This document shows, one piece after another, positions 1 through 8,496 of a DNA stretch of 64,000 bases (position 1 is the first letter of the stretch; each line of letters opens with the position of its first letter). The notes beneath the pieces are model-generated. The model was not told the origin of the DNA. It did not search any database and saw only the letters and a program-made list of their open reading frames with translations. The translations under genes and the position numbers were made by a program. Source of the stretch: a virus; the IMG/VR virus record IMGVR_UViG_3300005329_000012, positions 25,544 to 89,543 of that record, one strand, 5' to 3'.

Positions 1-1290
1 CTCCTTGACGCCCTTGTACTCGCCGTGGCCCTTGACGGTCCACTTGCCGGTGACGGTCGCGCCGACCTCCAGCGAGTAGGAGCCGAACCACTTGAAGACG
101 TTGCCGTCGGCGTCCTTGAGCTTCGTGATGAAGGTGGTGCCGTAGTCGCCGGGGTGCTCGAAGACCGAGGCGACGGTCAGGGTCAGCTCCAGCCGGTCCT
201 TGGGCTGGCCGACGTGCTCGCTCGCGGCGTCGTCCTTCGCGCGCTCGGCCCGCTCGACCTCGCGCTCCAGGAAGCGCGTGTGGGCGACGGGGAGGTAGGC
301 GAGGACGCCGAGGCCGCGCGACGGGGCGAAGTCCCCGGCGCAGGCGACGAGCATGTTGTGGTCGAAGTCGCTGGCCTTGCCCTCGTCCACGAGGCGGGCG
401 AAGTGCTCGCGGCCCCAGGCCAGCGCCTCGGCCGCGCGCTCGCCGTCCGCGGGGACCAGCTCGAAGTAGAGCGGCTTGCCGTCCCACGTCTTGCCGTAGT
501 CCTCCCAGTTCTGGAGCGCCTGCGCCTTCGTGGCGGGGTGGTTCGGGTTGTAGTCGCTCGCGGCGACCCAGCCGACGGTGCGGAGGCACCCGGCGACGTG
601 CGCGAGGAACTCCTCGGTGCCGACCTGCTGCTTCGCGCGCGGGCCGTAGGACTCCTCCTCGGAGAGCGCCTCGGTCGCGTCGCTGATGTAGGTGAGCCAG
701 CGGGCGATGTCGTGGGGGTCGGCGCCCAGGAAGTCGCGGAGGCAGTTGGCGCCCACCTGCTTGATCTCGCCGCCCGCGCGGGAGACGAGGTAGGTCTTCG
801 CGCGGTCGCGGTCGAGGTTGCAGTGGTCGCAGCGCGTCGCGGTCTCCACCTTCGCGAAGGACTGGAGGTTGAGCGCGTCCGCGGCGGGCGTCTTGCTGAT
901 CATGACGCCGCCCGGCTCGACCGTGAGGGTGGCGACGAACGTCCACCCCTCCAGGACGACCGTCTCGGCGTCGAGGACGAAGTAGTAGTACTTGGACTTC
1001 GCGGGCGGGACGTAGCCCAGCTCGACCGCGGCGATCATCGGGTCGATCGTCCGCTCGACGACCTCGACCTCGTTGTCCACGCGGTAGCTGACCTTCCCGG
1101 CCTTGAGCTTCGCGGCCCGCTTCGCGAGCTTGTCGAGCTTCTCGCGGAGCGACTCGGCGTTGCCCGCGGGGATGCGGTAGACGACGCCGCCGACGGCGGA
1201 CTGTGCCTCGCGCACCTGCAACGCGAGCGCCTCGTTCTCGGGCGCGTCGCGGAGGGCGAGTTGGAGCTGGTGTACCTCTCTCGCTGTCAT
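1..1290 (-). CDS. Conserved phage hypothetical protein (CxxC...VGxxC motif, OB-like C-terminus); 3' end runs off the window
   Basis: Open frame from ATG at 1290 (MTAREVHQLQ...RCDHCNLDRDRAKTYLV...KQVGANCLRDFLG...WTVKGHGEYKGVKE) with no stop before base 1. Absent from the ORF track for that reason. The + strand 25..1293 ORF is its shadow. Confidence 0.8.
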   Translation of the reverse strand, partial: MTAREVHQLQLALRDAPENEALALQVREAQSAVGGVVYRIPAGNAESLREKLDKLAKRAAKLKAGKVSYRVDNEVEVVERTIDPMIAAVELGYVPPAKSKYYYFVLDAETVVLEGWTFVATLTVEPGGVMISKTPAADALNLQSFAKVETATRCDHCNLDRDRAKTYLVSRAGGEIKQVGANCLRDFLGADPHDIARWLTYISDATEALSEEESYGPRAKQQVGTEEFLAHVAGCLRTVGWVAASDYNPNHPATKAQALQNWEDYGKTWDGKPLYFELVPADGERAAEALAWGREHFARLVDEGKASDFDHNMLVACAGDFAPSRGLGVLAYLPVAHTRFLEREVERAERAKDDAASEHVGQPKDRLELTLTVASVFEHPGDYGTTFITKLKDADGNVFKWFGSYSLEVGATVTGKWTVKGHGEYKGVKE

Positions 1291-1297
1291 TGACCTA

Positions 1298-1341
1298 AGT
1301 GTAGCCGCCGCTGGAGCCCGCCGCCTCCCCCGTTTGGGGGG
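1298..1341 (-). promoter_or_regulatory. Leaderless sigma-A-type promoter (-10 TACACT) with upstream CCCCC-N4-GGGGG palindrome
   Basis: Minus strand reads CCCCCAAACGGGGG-N23-TACACT-N7-ATG. Confidence 0.55.
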
Positions 1342-1495
1342 TCTGCCAGTTTCGGCCTCCGTCCGTCACGTAAGGGGTAGACAAAGAGACCGCGACGGCG
1401 CAGCCGCACATCGAGGGTTCCAGGGCGAGTCCCCGGCATGACGATCAGGCGAAGCCTAGCGGTGAACGAGGGGCAACCGAGGAGAGAGGAGACAG

Positions 1496-2359
1496 ATGGC
1501 ATTCGGATACGAGCGCGTCGGGCGCATCTTCCTCAACAACTCCATGGTCCTGAACGCGTACCTGTACACGACAGACGACCAGACCCTCGTCCCGCAGGCC
1601 AGCATCAGCGGCGTCAAGTTCACCGTCCTCAAGCCCACGGACGAGCCGGACACGCCGACGGTCCTCGACGACGACGGCGACGTGGTCGCCGACGGCGCGG
1701 GCCAGTACGTGGTCAGCGCTGCCGTCAACGACACCGAGGGCGAGTACCGCGCCTTCGCGACCTTCACGTACGACGACGGGACCCTCACCGGCCTCACCAA
1801 GAGCGTCCCGGTCTTCTACGACGTCATCGACGTCTTCGAGCGCGCGGGCGAGAGCCCGCTCGACCCGGCCGTGGACATGGCCTGGCTCAAGCTGGAGGAC
1901 TGCTTCGACTCCGAGTTCGGCGGCCCCTGGCTCCGCGACATGACCCTCCGCGTCTTCGACAAGACCAAGATCCGCGAGCTGGCCCCGTCGGTCATGCTCC
2001 AGATCAACTCGCAGATGCCCTTCACCGACTACACGATCGACGGCTACCCGTGGGCGTCCGGCGACTCCACCGCGCTGTTCGGCCAGGGGCTCCTGGTCGA
2101 GGCGATCCGGCACCTAATCCGCTCCTACACGGAGCAGCCGGACATCGTGTCGAGCCCGGTCGCGTTCATGGACCGCAAGCGGTACGCCGACGCCTGGAAA
2201 GCCGTCCTCGACATCGAGACGCCCCTCTGGGAGCGGTGGCTCACGCGCTACAAGCTGCGGAGCTACGACCTCACGCACGCGTCGCTCCTCCTCGGCTCGA
2301 AGGCCGGGCGCATGCTGCCCGCGCCGCTGCGGTCGAGGAACGTCGGCAGAGGCTACTAA
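1496..2359 (+). CDS. Putative head-tail adaptor/neck protein
   Basis: Strong SD (GAGGAG), phage codon bias, first gene of the structural operon upstream of the sheath. Confidence 0.6.
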   Translation: MAFGYERVGRIFLNNSMVLNAYLYTTDDQTLVPQASISGVKFTVLKPTDEPDTPTVLDDDGDVVADGAGQYVVSAAVNDTEGEYRAFATFTYDDGTLTGLTKSVPVFYDVIDVFERAGESPLDPAVDMAWLKLEDCFDSEFGGPWLRDMTLRVFDKTKIRELAPSVMLQINSQMPFTDYTIDGYPWASGDSTALFGQGLLVEAIRHLIRSYTEQPDIVSSPVAFMDRKRYADAWKAVLDIETPLWERWLTRYKLRSYDLTHASLLLGSKAGRMLPAPLRSRNVGRGY

Positions 2360-2365
2360 CCTCCC

Positions 2366-3076
2366 GTGTACATCAACTCTGTCAAGGAGGTCGGCCCCCC
2401 GTACACCCCGCAGGAGATCAAGCGCCTGCGCCGGGAGAACATGGACATGTGCCGCAAGATGGGCCAGCCGGTCGTGCTCCGGCACATGTGGAACGAGGCC
2501 GACGCCGACGCGGGCTTCGCCGAGCGGTGCCCGGCCTGCTTCGACGCCGCCTACGACCAGCCCCGCAACGACTGCCCGGTCTGCTTCGGCTTCATGTTCG
2601 TGAGCGCCGAGAAGACGATCGACCCCGACGTGTACATCGACCGCAACGGCCAGCTCGTGACGACCCCGACGCCGCCCGCCGACTACGTGCGGGCGCCCAG
2701 GTACGGCGGCTTCGCCGAGAGCGTCCTCACCTGGCTCATGGAGCCGGACGTGGCCGTGGACGTCTTCCGCATCAGCGACCAGGGCACCATGATCAGGACC
2801 TACGACGCGACCGGCGTCGCGCCGTGGTTCCCGATGCTGTCGGACAACGACCTCTGCGTCAACGTGCAGCTCGCCGAGAACGACTACTCGATCATCGGCC
2901 AGGGCGACGACCGCTTCCAGCTCAAGATGGTCCAGCCGATCACCGTCCGCGGCTTCGGCAAGCGCGGCAGGCCCCCGGGCGCGGGCGGCCAGGCGTACCG
3001 CGTCGCCCAGAGCTTCCAGATGGCGAAGGCGCCCGCGAAGAACTCCCTCTACGACGTGCCCCTGGACGTGGCGTGA
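2366..3076 (+). CDS. Putative head-closure/neck protein with CPAC...CPVC zinc motif
   Basis: ORF track, position in the neck module, Cys pairs. Confidence 0.55.
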   Translation: MYINSVKEVGPPYTPQEIKRLRRENMDMCRKMGQPVVLRHMWNEADADAGFAERCPACFDAAYDQPRNDCPVCFGFMFVSAEKTIDPDVYIDRNGQLVTTPTPPADYVRAPRYGGFAESVLTWLMEPDVAVDVFRISDQGTMIRTYDATGVAPWFPMLSDNDLCVNVQLAENDYSIIGQGDDRFQLKMVQPITVRGFGKRGRPPGAGGQAYRVAQSFQMAKAPAKNSLYDVPLDVA

Positions 3077-3468
3077 GGGCCGCCGCCGCGGAGAGCCAGC
3101 GCAAGGTCAAGCGGCACGCCGTCCAGGCGGCGAACGCCCGCATGCGCTCGGAGGTCCTGGAGGACGCCCTGCGGTCGCTCCTGAAGAACGACGCGGCCAC
3201 CGCCGACGGCGAGCTGGCGGGCGGCTGGAACCCGTGGGTGCTCGACGCGACCGACGGCTTCGGCGCCACCCTGCGCGTCGAGGACCCGATCGCCATGGAG
3301 GTCCTGAGGACCCCGGCGCTGCTCACGCGCGCGCGGGAGATCATGACGGAGGAGTTCGGCCGCGCGCTGTTCGAGTCCGACGAGACCGCGGGCTTCTACC
3401 AGGCGCTCCTGGAGGACATCGTCGAGCGCCCCGAGGGTGCCATCTACGTAGCGGAGACGGTGCACTAG
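3073..3468 (+). CDS. Hypothetical neck-region protein
   Basis: GTGA overlap with the upstream stop; C-terminal part of track ORF 1438..3468. Confidence 0.6.
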   Translation: MRAAAAESQRKVKRHAVQAANARMRSEVLEDALRSLLKNDAATADGELAGGWNPWVLDATDGFGATLRVEDPIAMEVLRTPALLTRAREIMTEEFGRALFESDETAGFYQALLEDIVERPEGAIYVAETVH

Positions 3469-4253
3469 TGGCGCTCAGGACCACCGACCTCGGCGTAGCG
3501 AGTCACAAGCGGCTCGTCTACCGCAACGTCGTCGCGGCCCTGAAGGCCGCGTTCGACGGCAGCTACGACCGCGAGCGCCAGCTCGCCGGGATCAAGGTCA
3601 CGCAGACGTACCCGAACAAGGAGCTGGACTTCCCGGCGATCGTCGTGGACTACCAGCCGCAGAAGGTCGTCGCCGCGGGCGTCGGCCACCTGGAGATCTT
3701 CCCGGACCCGCAGGGCAACCTCCGCAAGTGGAAGCACAGCCGCTTCGAGGGCTCGCTCGCGCTCCACATCTACGCCCTCTCGACGCTCGACCGCGACATC
3801 ATCGAGGACGCGGTGGCCGAGCTGGTCAGGTTCGGCAGCCTGGACGACCAGCTGAACAGGTTCTACGAGGTCGTCTACCCGTCGGACGAGGAGATGGAGG
3901 CCACGAAGGACGTCGAGGACGCCTACAGCTTCGGCCTGTTCGACCAGCTCATGCTCGACTCCGACCAGCTGTTCGCCGTCGGCAACTCGGCCACGATCGC
4001 GCCGTGGAGCCCGGAGGACGTGCTCGTCTACGCGGGCGGCTGGACCGTCAACCTCCACGGCGGCTACTACAACTGCTTCCCGCGCCACGACTGGTCCCTG
4101 GTGCGCCGCGTGGACATCCAGGCGTTCGAGGGCACGTTCGACTCGCCGCCCGTCGCGACGGCGGCGTTCAGCTGGGACTCGGAGGACGAGGGCGCCGCGA
4201 GCGGCTCGGGCTACGCGTCCTCTGAGGAGTCGTATACCGACGCCAGCCCGTGA
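3468..4253 (+). CDS. Putative tail terminator/completion protein
   Basis: TAG/GTG coupling, immediately upstream of the sheath, YPxxxxxFPAIVV motif. Confidence 0.55.
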   Translation: MALRTTDLGVASHKRLVYRNVVAALKAAFDGSYDRERQLAGIKVTQTYPNKELDFPAIVVDYQPQKVVAAGVGHLEIFPDPQGNLRKWKHSRFEGSLALHIYALSTLDRDIIEDAVAELVRFGSLDDQLNRFYEVVYPSDEEMEATKDVEDAYSFGLFDQLMLDSDQLFAVGNSATIAPWSPEDVLVYAGGWTVNLHGGYYNCFPRHDWSLVRRVDIQAFEGTFDSPPVATAAFSWDSEDEGAASGSGYASSEESYTDASP

Positions 4254-4312
4254 TCGGGACTAAGAAACCGCGGGCTGCGGCCCGCTAAGATACGAGACCG
4301 CAAAGGAGCATC

Positions 4313-6352
4313 TTGGCCCTTCCCTACACAAAGCCCGGAGTCAGCATCAGCGAGGTCGTCTCGCCCCAGCTGGCGCCGGTTCTGCTCGATCCGAACGTCA
4401 TCGCCATCGTCGGTCCCGGGCGGGGCTACGAGGAGCACGTCGAGGTCTTCGTTCTGGACGACAACACGGCGGTCGCGCTCGCGGCCACGGGCGTCGACCC
4501 CTCCACCGTGGTAGTCCGCGACGCCGCGGACGTCACCCTCACCCCCTTCACCCCCTCCGTCTACGGCGTCACGCCCGGCGTGGACGTCCTGGCGGACTAC
4601 GACGTCGACACGACCGCGCTGGCCACGACCGGCCTGGTGAAGGTCGTGCGCTCCATGCAGACGGCGATCGCCAACGGCGAGCGCGTCACGGTCTACTACG
4701 AGACGAGCGGCACGCCGACCCAGGCGGACGGCGAGACCGTCCAGTTCGCCCTCTCGGCCCTCGACTCCTTCACCTTCACCCAGGGCACCGTCTCGGGCAT
4801 CCAGGACGGCACGATCTTCGTCGTCAGCGACGGCCTGCTCGTCAAGGCCACCGACTACAACCTGGACGACCCCGACGACCCGACGACCCTCGTGTGGATC
4901 AACACGTCCGCGCGCTCGAAGAAGTACCAGACCGTCTGGCTCGACTTCTCCGTGACGGGCGGCGCGACCTACACGGACGTCGCCCTCCAGCTCAACAACC
5001 TGACGCCGGTCGCGCTCCCCGCGAGCGTCGTCGGCGCCTCGCTCGTGGTCAAGACCGCGCCCGGCAACGGCGCAGCGGCCCCGGCCTCGAACGCCGTCGC
5101 CTACGACCGCTCGACGACCGAGGAGGACGACTACACGATCACCGGCACGGGCGCCGCGACGGCCATCCGCCGCTCGCAGGGCTCGACCACGATCGGCGGC
5201 CAGAGCGACAGGCTCACGGTGCGCGTCTCCTACCGGGCGACGCCGACCGACTACTTCCTCCCGACGCGCTGCTTCTCGCAGAACGACGTCGAGCAGAAGT
5301 TCGGCCCGGCCTTCGACTCGGCTGGCAACGTCCAGAACCCGCTCGCGCTCGGCACGCTGTTCGCGTTCCAGAACGGCGCGACGCAGATCGTGGCCCAGGC
5401 CCTTTTCTCGGGCACGCTCGACTCCCCGGCCGCGCCCACGGGCGCCGTCGGCGACTGGTCGGTCTCGCTGGAGCGCCTGCGCTCCGTGCAGGACATCAGC
5501 GTGATCGTCCCGATCCTGGCCTCCGGCCTCTCGACCCAGCTGAGCGACTCGCTCGCCCTCTCGGTCTTCCAGGCGGTGCAGTCGCACCTGCGCTACATGG
5601 CGGCCCAGGAGAACCAGTTCATCGTCGCCGTGCTCGGCGAGGACGGCACGGACAGCGTGCTCGCCACCCCGGCCACCCTCCAGGCGCACGCCGAGGGGCT
5701 CGGGCAGGGCTTCAGCTCGGAGGCGGTCTCGCTCGTCTCCCCGAGCGTCTACACCTACGCGAACCCGGTCACGGGCGCGACCAACGACATCGGCGGCCAG
5801 TACGTCGCCGCCGCGATCGCGGGCATGGCGGCCCGGTACCCGGTGCAGATGCCGCTCACGCGCAAGCGCGTCAACGGCGTCACGTCGCTCAAGACGGTCC
5901 GCACCGAGACCCAGAAGGACCAGGACGCCCAGAGCGGCCTCATGGTCGTGGAGAACAAGCGCGGGCGCATCCAGGTCCGCCACTCCATCACCACCAACCA
6001 GGACACGCGCGCGCAGCAGGAGTTCTCGGTCGTCCGGGCCAAGTACTGGATGATGAAGAACCTCGTCGAGGCGCTCGACACGCAGGCCGTCGGCCAGCTG
6101 ATCCTCGACGCGGAGAGCAACTTCCTCGTCCAGGTGCTCGTCTCGGCCGAGCTGGAGCTGCTCATCCAGCAGGGCGCGATCGTCTCCTACGACGGCGTGT
6201 CGGTCAGGCAGGACCCGTCCGACGCGACGGCCCTCCAGGTGCGGTTCTCGTACCTCCCGGCCTACCCGCTCAACCACATCAACATCAGCTTCTCGATCAG
6301 CGCCGCGCAGGGCGTCGAGTTCGAGCAGTCCACCGCGACGCAGGGCTTCTAA
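4313..6352 (+). CDS. Contractile tail sheath protein
   Basis: N-terminal YTKPGVSISEV; C-terminal RIQVRHSITT...EFSVVRA...VRFSYLPAYPLNHINISFS typical of sheaths; TTG start with AAGGAG SD. Confidence 0.9.
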   Translation: MALPYTKPGVSISEVVSPQLAPVLLDPNVIAIVGPGRGYEEHVEVFVLDDNTAVALAATGVDPSTVVVRDAADVTLTPFTPSVYGVTPGVDVLADYDVDTTALATTGLVKVVRSMQTAIANGERVTVYYETSGTPTQADGETVQFALSALDSFTFTQGTVSGIQDGTIFVVSDGLLVKATDYNLDDPDDPTTLVWINTSARSKKYQTVWLDFSVTGGATYTDVALQLNNLTPVALPASVVGASLVVKTAPGNGAAAPASNAVAYDRSTTEEDDYTITGTGAATAIRRSQGSTTIGGQSDRLTVRVSYRATPTDYFLPTRCFSQNDVEQKFGPAFDSAGNVQNPLALGTLFAFQNGATQIVAQALFSGTLDSPAAPTGAVGDWSVSLERLRSVQDISVIVPILASGLSTQLSDSLALSVFQAVQSHLRYMAAQENQFIVAVLGEDGTDSVLATPATLQAHAEGLGQGFSSEAVSLVSPSVYTYANPVTGATNDIGGQYVAAAIAGMAARYPVQMPLTRKRVNGVTSLKTVRTETQKDQDAQSGLMVVENKRGRIQVRHSITTNQDTRAQQEFSVVRAKYWMMKNLVEALDTQAVGQLILDAESNFLVQVLVSAELELLIQQGAIVSYDGVSVRQDPSDATALQVRFSYLPAYPLNHINISFSISAAQGVEFEQSTATQGF

Positions 6353-6363
6353 GGGGCTAACGA

Positions 6364-6939
6364 ATGGCAACCAGCACCACCGCACTCGACACACTCCCCC
6401 GGCAGTTCCGCGTCGGCGGCTCCGGCTTCACGGCCTTCCAGTGGAAGGGCCACGTGATCGGGTTCGCCCAGAGCGTCCAGCACACGGCGCCGCAGCCCGT
6501 CGCCCCGCCGTCGCCGGTCCAGCCGCTCGACCAGCAGTACCCGATGCAGATCCTCGTCCCGGCCGCCATCGGCGCCGGAACGCTCCGCGTCCAGCTGTTC
6601 GAGATGTACAACAAGAAGGTCTGGGACCAGATCATGAAGATCACGGACACCCTCGACCCCTCGACGGCTGGCGTCAAGGACGTCTACAACGACCTCTCGG
6701 AGATCTTCCTGCGCCTCAGCGCGCTGGCCTCGCCGGTCACGTGCACCAAGATCGTCTACCCGCCCGGCACGGGCGTGCGCGGAGGCCCCGGCGTCCGCCA
6801 CTACGCCGACGTGTACTTCAACTGCATGATCACCGACGTCCGCGACGACGAGACGATCGAGATCGGCACCATGGAGGTCATCAAGAACATGACCATCATG
6901 TACACGCACTCCAGGCGCATCTTCGACAACAACGCCTAG
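6364..6939 (+). CDS. Tail tube protein
   Basis: 191 aa directly after the sheath; beta-rich pattern (YFNCMITDVRDDETI). Confidence 0.8.
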   Translation: MATSTTALDTLPRQFRVGGSGFTAFQWKGHVIGFAQSVQHTAPQPVAPPSPVQPLDQQYPMQILVPAAIGAGTLRVQLFEMYNKKVWDQIMKITDTLDPSTAGVKDVYNDLSEIFLRLSALASPVTCTKIVYPPGTGVRGGPGVRHYADVYFNCMITDVRDDETIEIGTMEVIKNMTIMYTHSRRIFDNNA

Positions 6940-6964
6940 CAGGCGCATTACACCCCCGCCGCTG

Positions 6965-6986
6965 CGAGGCCCCTCACGGGGCCTCG
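6965..6986 (+). terminator. Hairpin terminator after sheath/tube
   Basis: CGAGGCCCC-TCAC-GGGGCCTCG followed by TTCATT. Confidence 0.65.
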
Positions 6987-7007
6987 TTCATTCGAATAAG
7001 GGGTGTG

Positions 7008-7511
7008 ATGACTACAGCACCCGAAGCAGACCAGGACTACGGGGCCGCCGAGGGTCCGCCCGGGTTCGAGTTCGGCCACGACGGGACGGGCGCCCCGGTG
7101 CTCAACGCCGTCGAGGCCGACAGGTTCCCGGACCGCTCGCAGGAGGCCGTCAGCGGGCTCCTCTGGCTCGGCTACCTCACGGAGGAGGCCCACCTGTTCG
7201 GGCACTCCTTCACGCTCAAGACGCTCACGCGCGGCGACCGCCTCTCCGTCTCCCTGATCACCAAGGAGTGGGACGAGACGCTCGGCATGAACGACGCCTA
7301 CCAGGCGGCGGTCGTGGCCGCCAGCCTGCTCGCGTACGACGGCAAGCCCGTCGCCGACCTCGACAAGCGGGCCGACCGGCAGCAGCAGATCCGCGCGACG
7401 TTCGACGTCGTGCGCGGCTGGTACGACCCCGTGCTGGAGGCCCTGTACGAGCGGGCCGTCCTGCTCAACAACCGCCAGGCCGCGGCCTTCGTAGCCCTCC
7501 AGGGAAAATAG
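7008..7511 (+). CDS. Tail assembly chaperone (G-like)
   Basis: Lies between tube and tape measure; ends at slippery G GGA AAA TAG. Confidence 0.75.
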   Translation: MTTAPEADQDYGAAEGPPGFEFGHDGTGAPVLNAVEADRFPDRSQEAVSGLLWLGYLTEEAHLFGHSFTLKTLTRGDRLSVSLITKEWDETLGMNDAYQAAVVAASLLAYDGKPVADLDKRADRQQQIRATFDVVRGWYDPVLEALYERAVLLNNRQAAAFVALQGK

Positions 7512-7870
7512 ACGGCGGCTCAGAGAGCGCCCTCGCTCTTTGCCGCCTAGCGTTCGAGCAGGGGGTTCTCGTCGGCGACCTCAACGAGGTCCAGCAGCTC
7601 GCGCTCGTCGCCGTCCTCAGCAGGCAGGGCGAGGAGAGGTTCGAGGAGCGTTGGCGCGACTTCATCATGAGCGCGATCGCGGCGCACCCGGAGAACGCGC
7701 GCAGGTACGTCAGGCTCCTGGGCGGCGAGCCCGAGGCCGAGGGCGAGTTCGCGCCCGAGCTGACCGACGACGAGATGCAGGAGTACGTGCCGCTCCAGGA
7801 GCGCGAGGACTTCGCCGAGACGATGCGCGACCTGTCGAAGTTCGGCTTCGCCGTCGTGGACGACGACTAG
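7502..7870 (+). CDS. -1 frameshift extension of tail assembly chaperone (GT-like)
   Basis: GGGAAAA at 7502-7508; the -1 frame is open to 7870 (GK-IDGGSESAL...) with no obvious start of its own; strong downstream hairpin. Confidence 0.75.
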   Translation, partial: GKIDGGSESALALCRLAFEQGVLVGDLNEVQQLALVAVLSRQGEERFEERWRDFIMSAIAAHPENARRYVRLLGGEPEAEGEFAPELTDDEMQEYVPLQEREDFAETMRDLSKFGFAVVDDD

Positions 7871-8418
7871 ACGGCGCCGTGTTCGCGGTCGTAGAGCCCG
7901 CGGGCGGCGTGCGCCCTGGTCGGCGAGGTCGAGACGGTGGCGCCGCGGCTCGCCGGGCGGACGGTCGTCTTCCTGACCGGCGCCTTTCGCTCCGGCCTGA
8001 GACGGGGAGGCCCGACCGGAGCCGGGGGTCCGGTCCTGGCGGGCGGCCTGGTCGGCGCGGGGCCGTGGGCGACGGGCTGGTAGCCGCCGCGCTTGGGCAT
8101 GGGCACCGGCATGAGCGCGCGGCCCTCGCTCTGGAGCTTCGGGCGCGGCCGGTTGTACGGGCGCCAGATCCAGCCCATGATGCCCAGGCAGACGGCGCCC
8201 CAGGCGACCGCGATCGGCGGCGCCGCGAGCGTGACGAGCCAGCTAACCACGACCGGCACGGAGGCGGCGACCCGCCACAGGACCGGGAGCGCGCGGCGCT
8301 TCGGCTCGGCGGGCTCGGGGGCGGCCACCTTCGTCATGACGAGCGTCGGCTGCTCGCGCTCGCGCTTGCGGGCGATGTACTCCTCGTAGGAGTCGAGCGG
8401 GCGGTGGTAGTCCTCCAT
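7867..8418 (-). CDS. Inverted membrane protein with Pro/Arg-rich tail
   Basis: ATG 8418 preceded by CATAAT-N6 (leaderless promoter); two hydrophobic segments (WRVAASVPVVVSWLVTL / IAVAWGAVCLGIMGWIW). Confidence 0.6.
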   Translation of the reverse strand: MEDYHRPLDSYEEYIARKREREQPTLVMTKVAAPEPAEPKRRALPVLWRVAASVPVVVSWLVTLAAPPIAVAWGAVCLGIMGWIWRPYNRPRPKLQSEGRALMPVPMPKRGGYQPVAHGPAPTRPPARTGPPAPVGPPRLRPERKAPVRKTTVRPASRGATVSTSPTRAHAARGLYDREHGAV

Positions 8419-8496
8419 GCACTCATTATGCCCCGCGGGGCGGGCGAACGGGGGATAGAGCGACCTGTCCAAAGGACTAGATCAAGCCTGTAAGGG

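Noticed and set aside
25-1293. 422-aa + strand ORF
   Set aside because: Antisense shadow of the real minus-strand gene 1290..<1; an artefact of high-GC codon bias.
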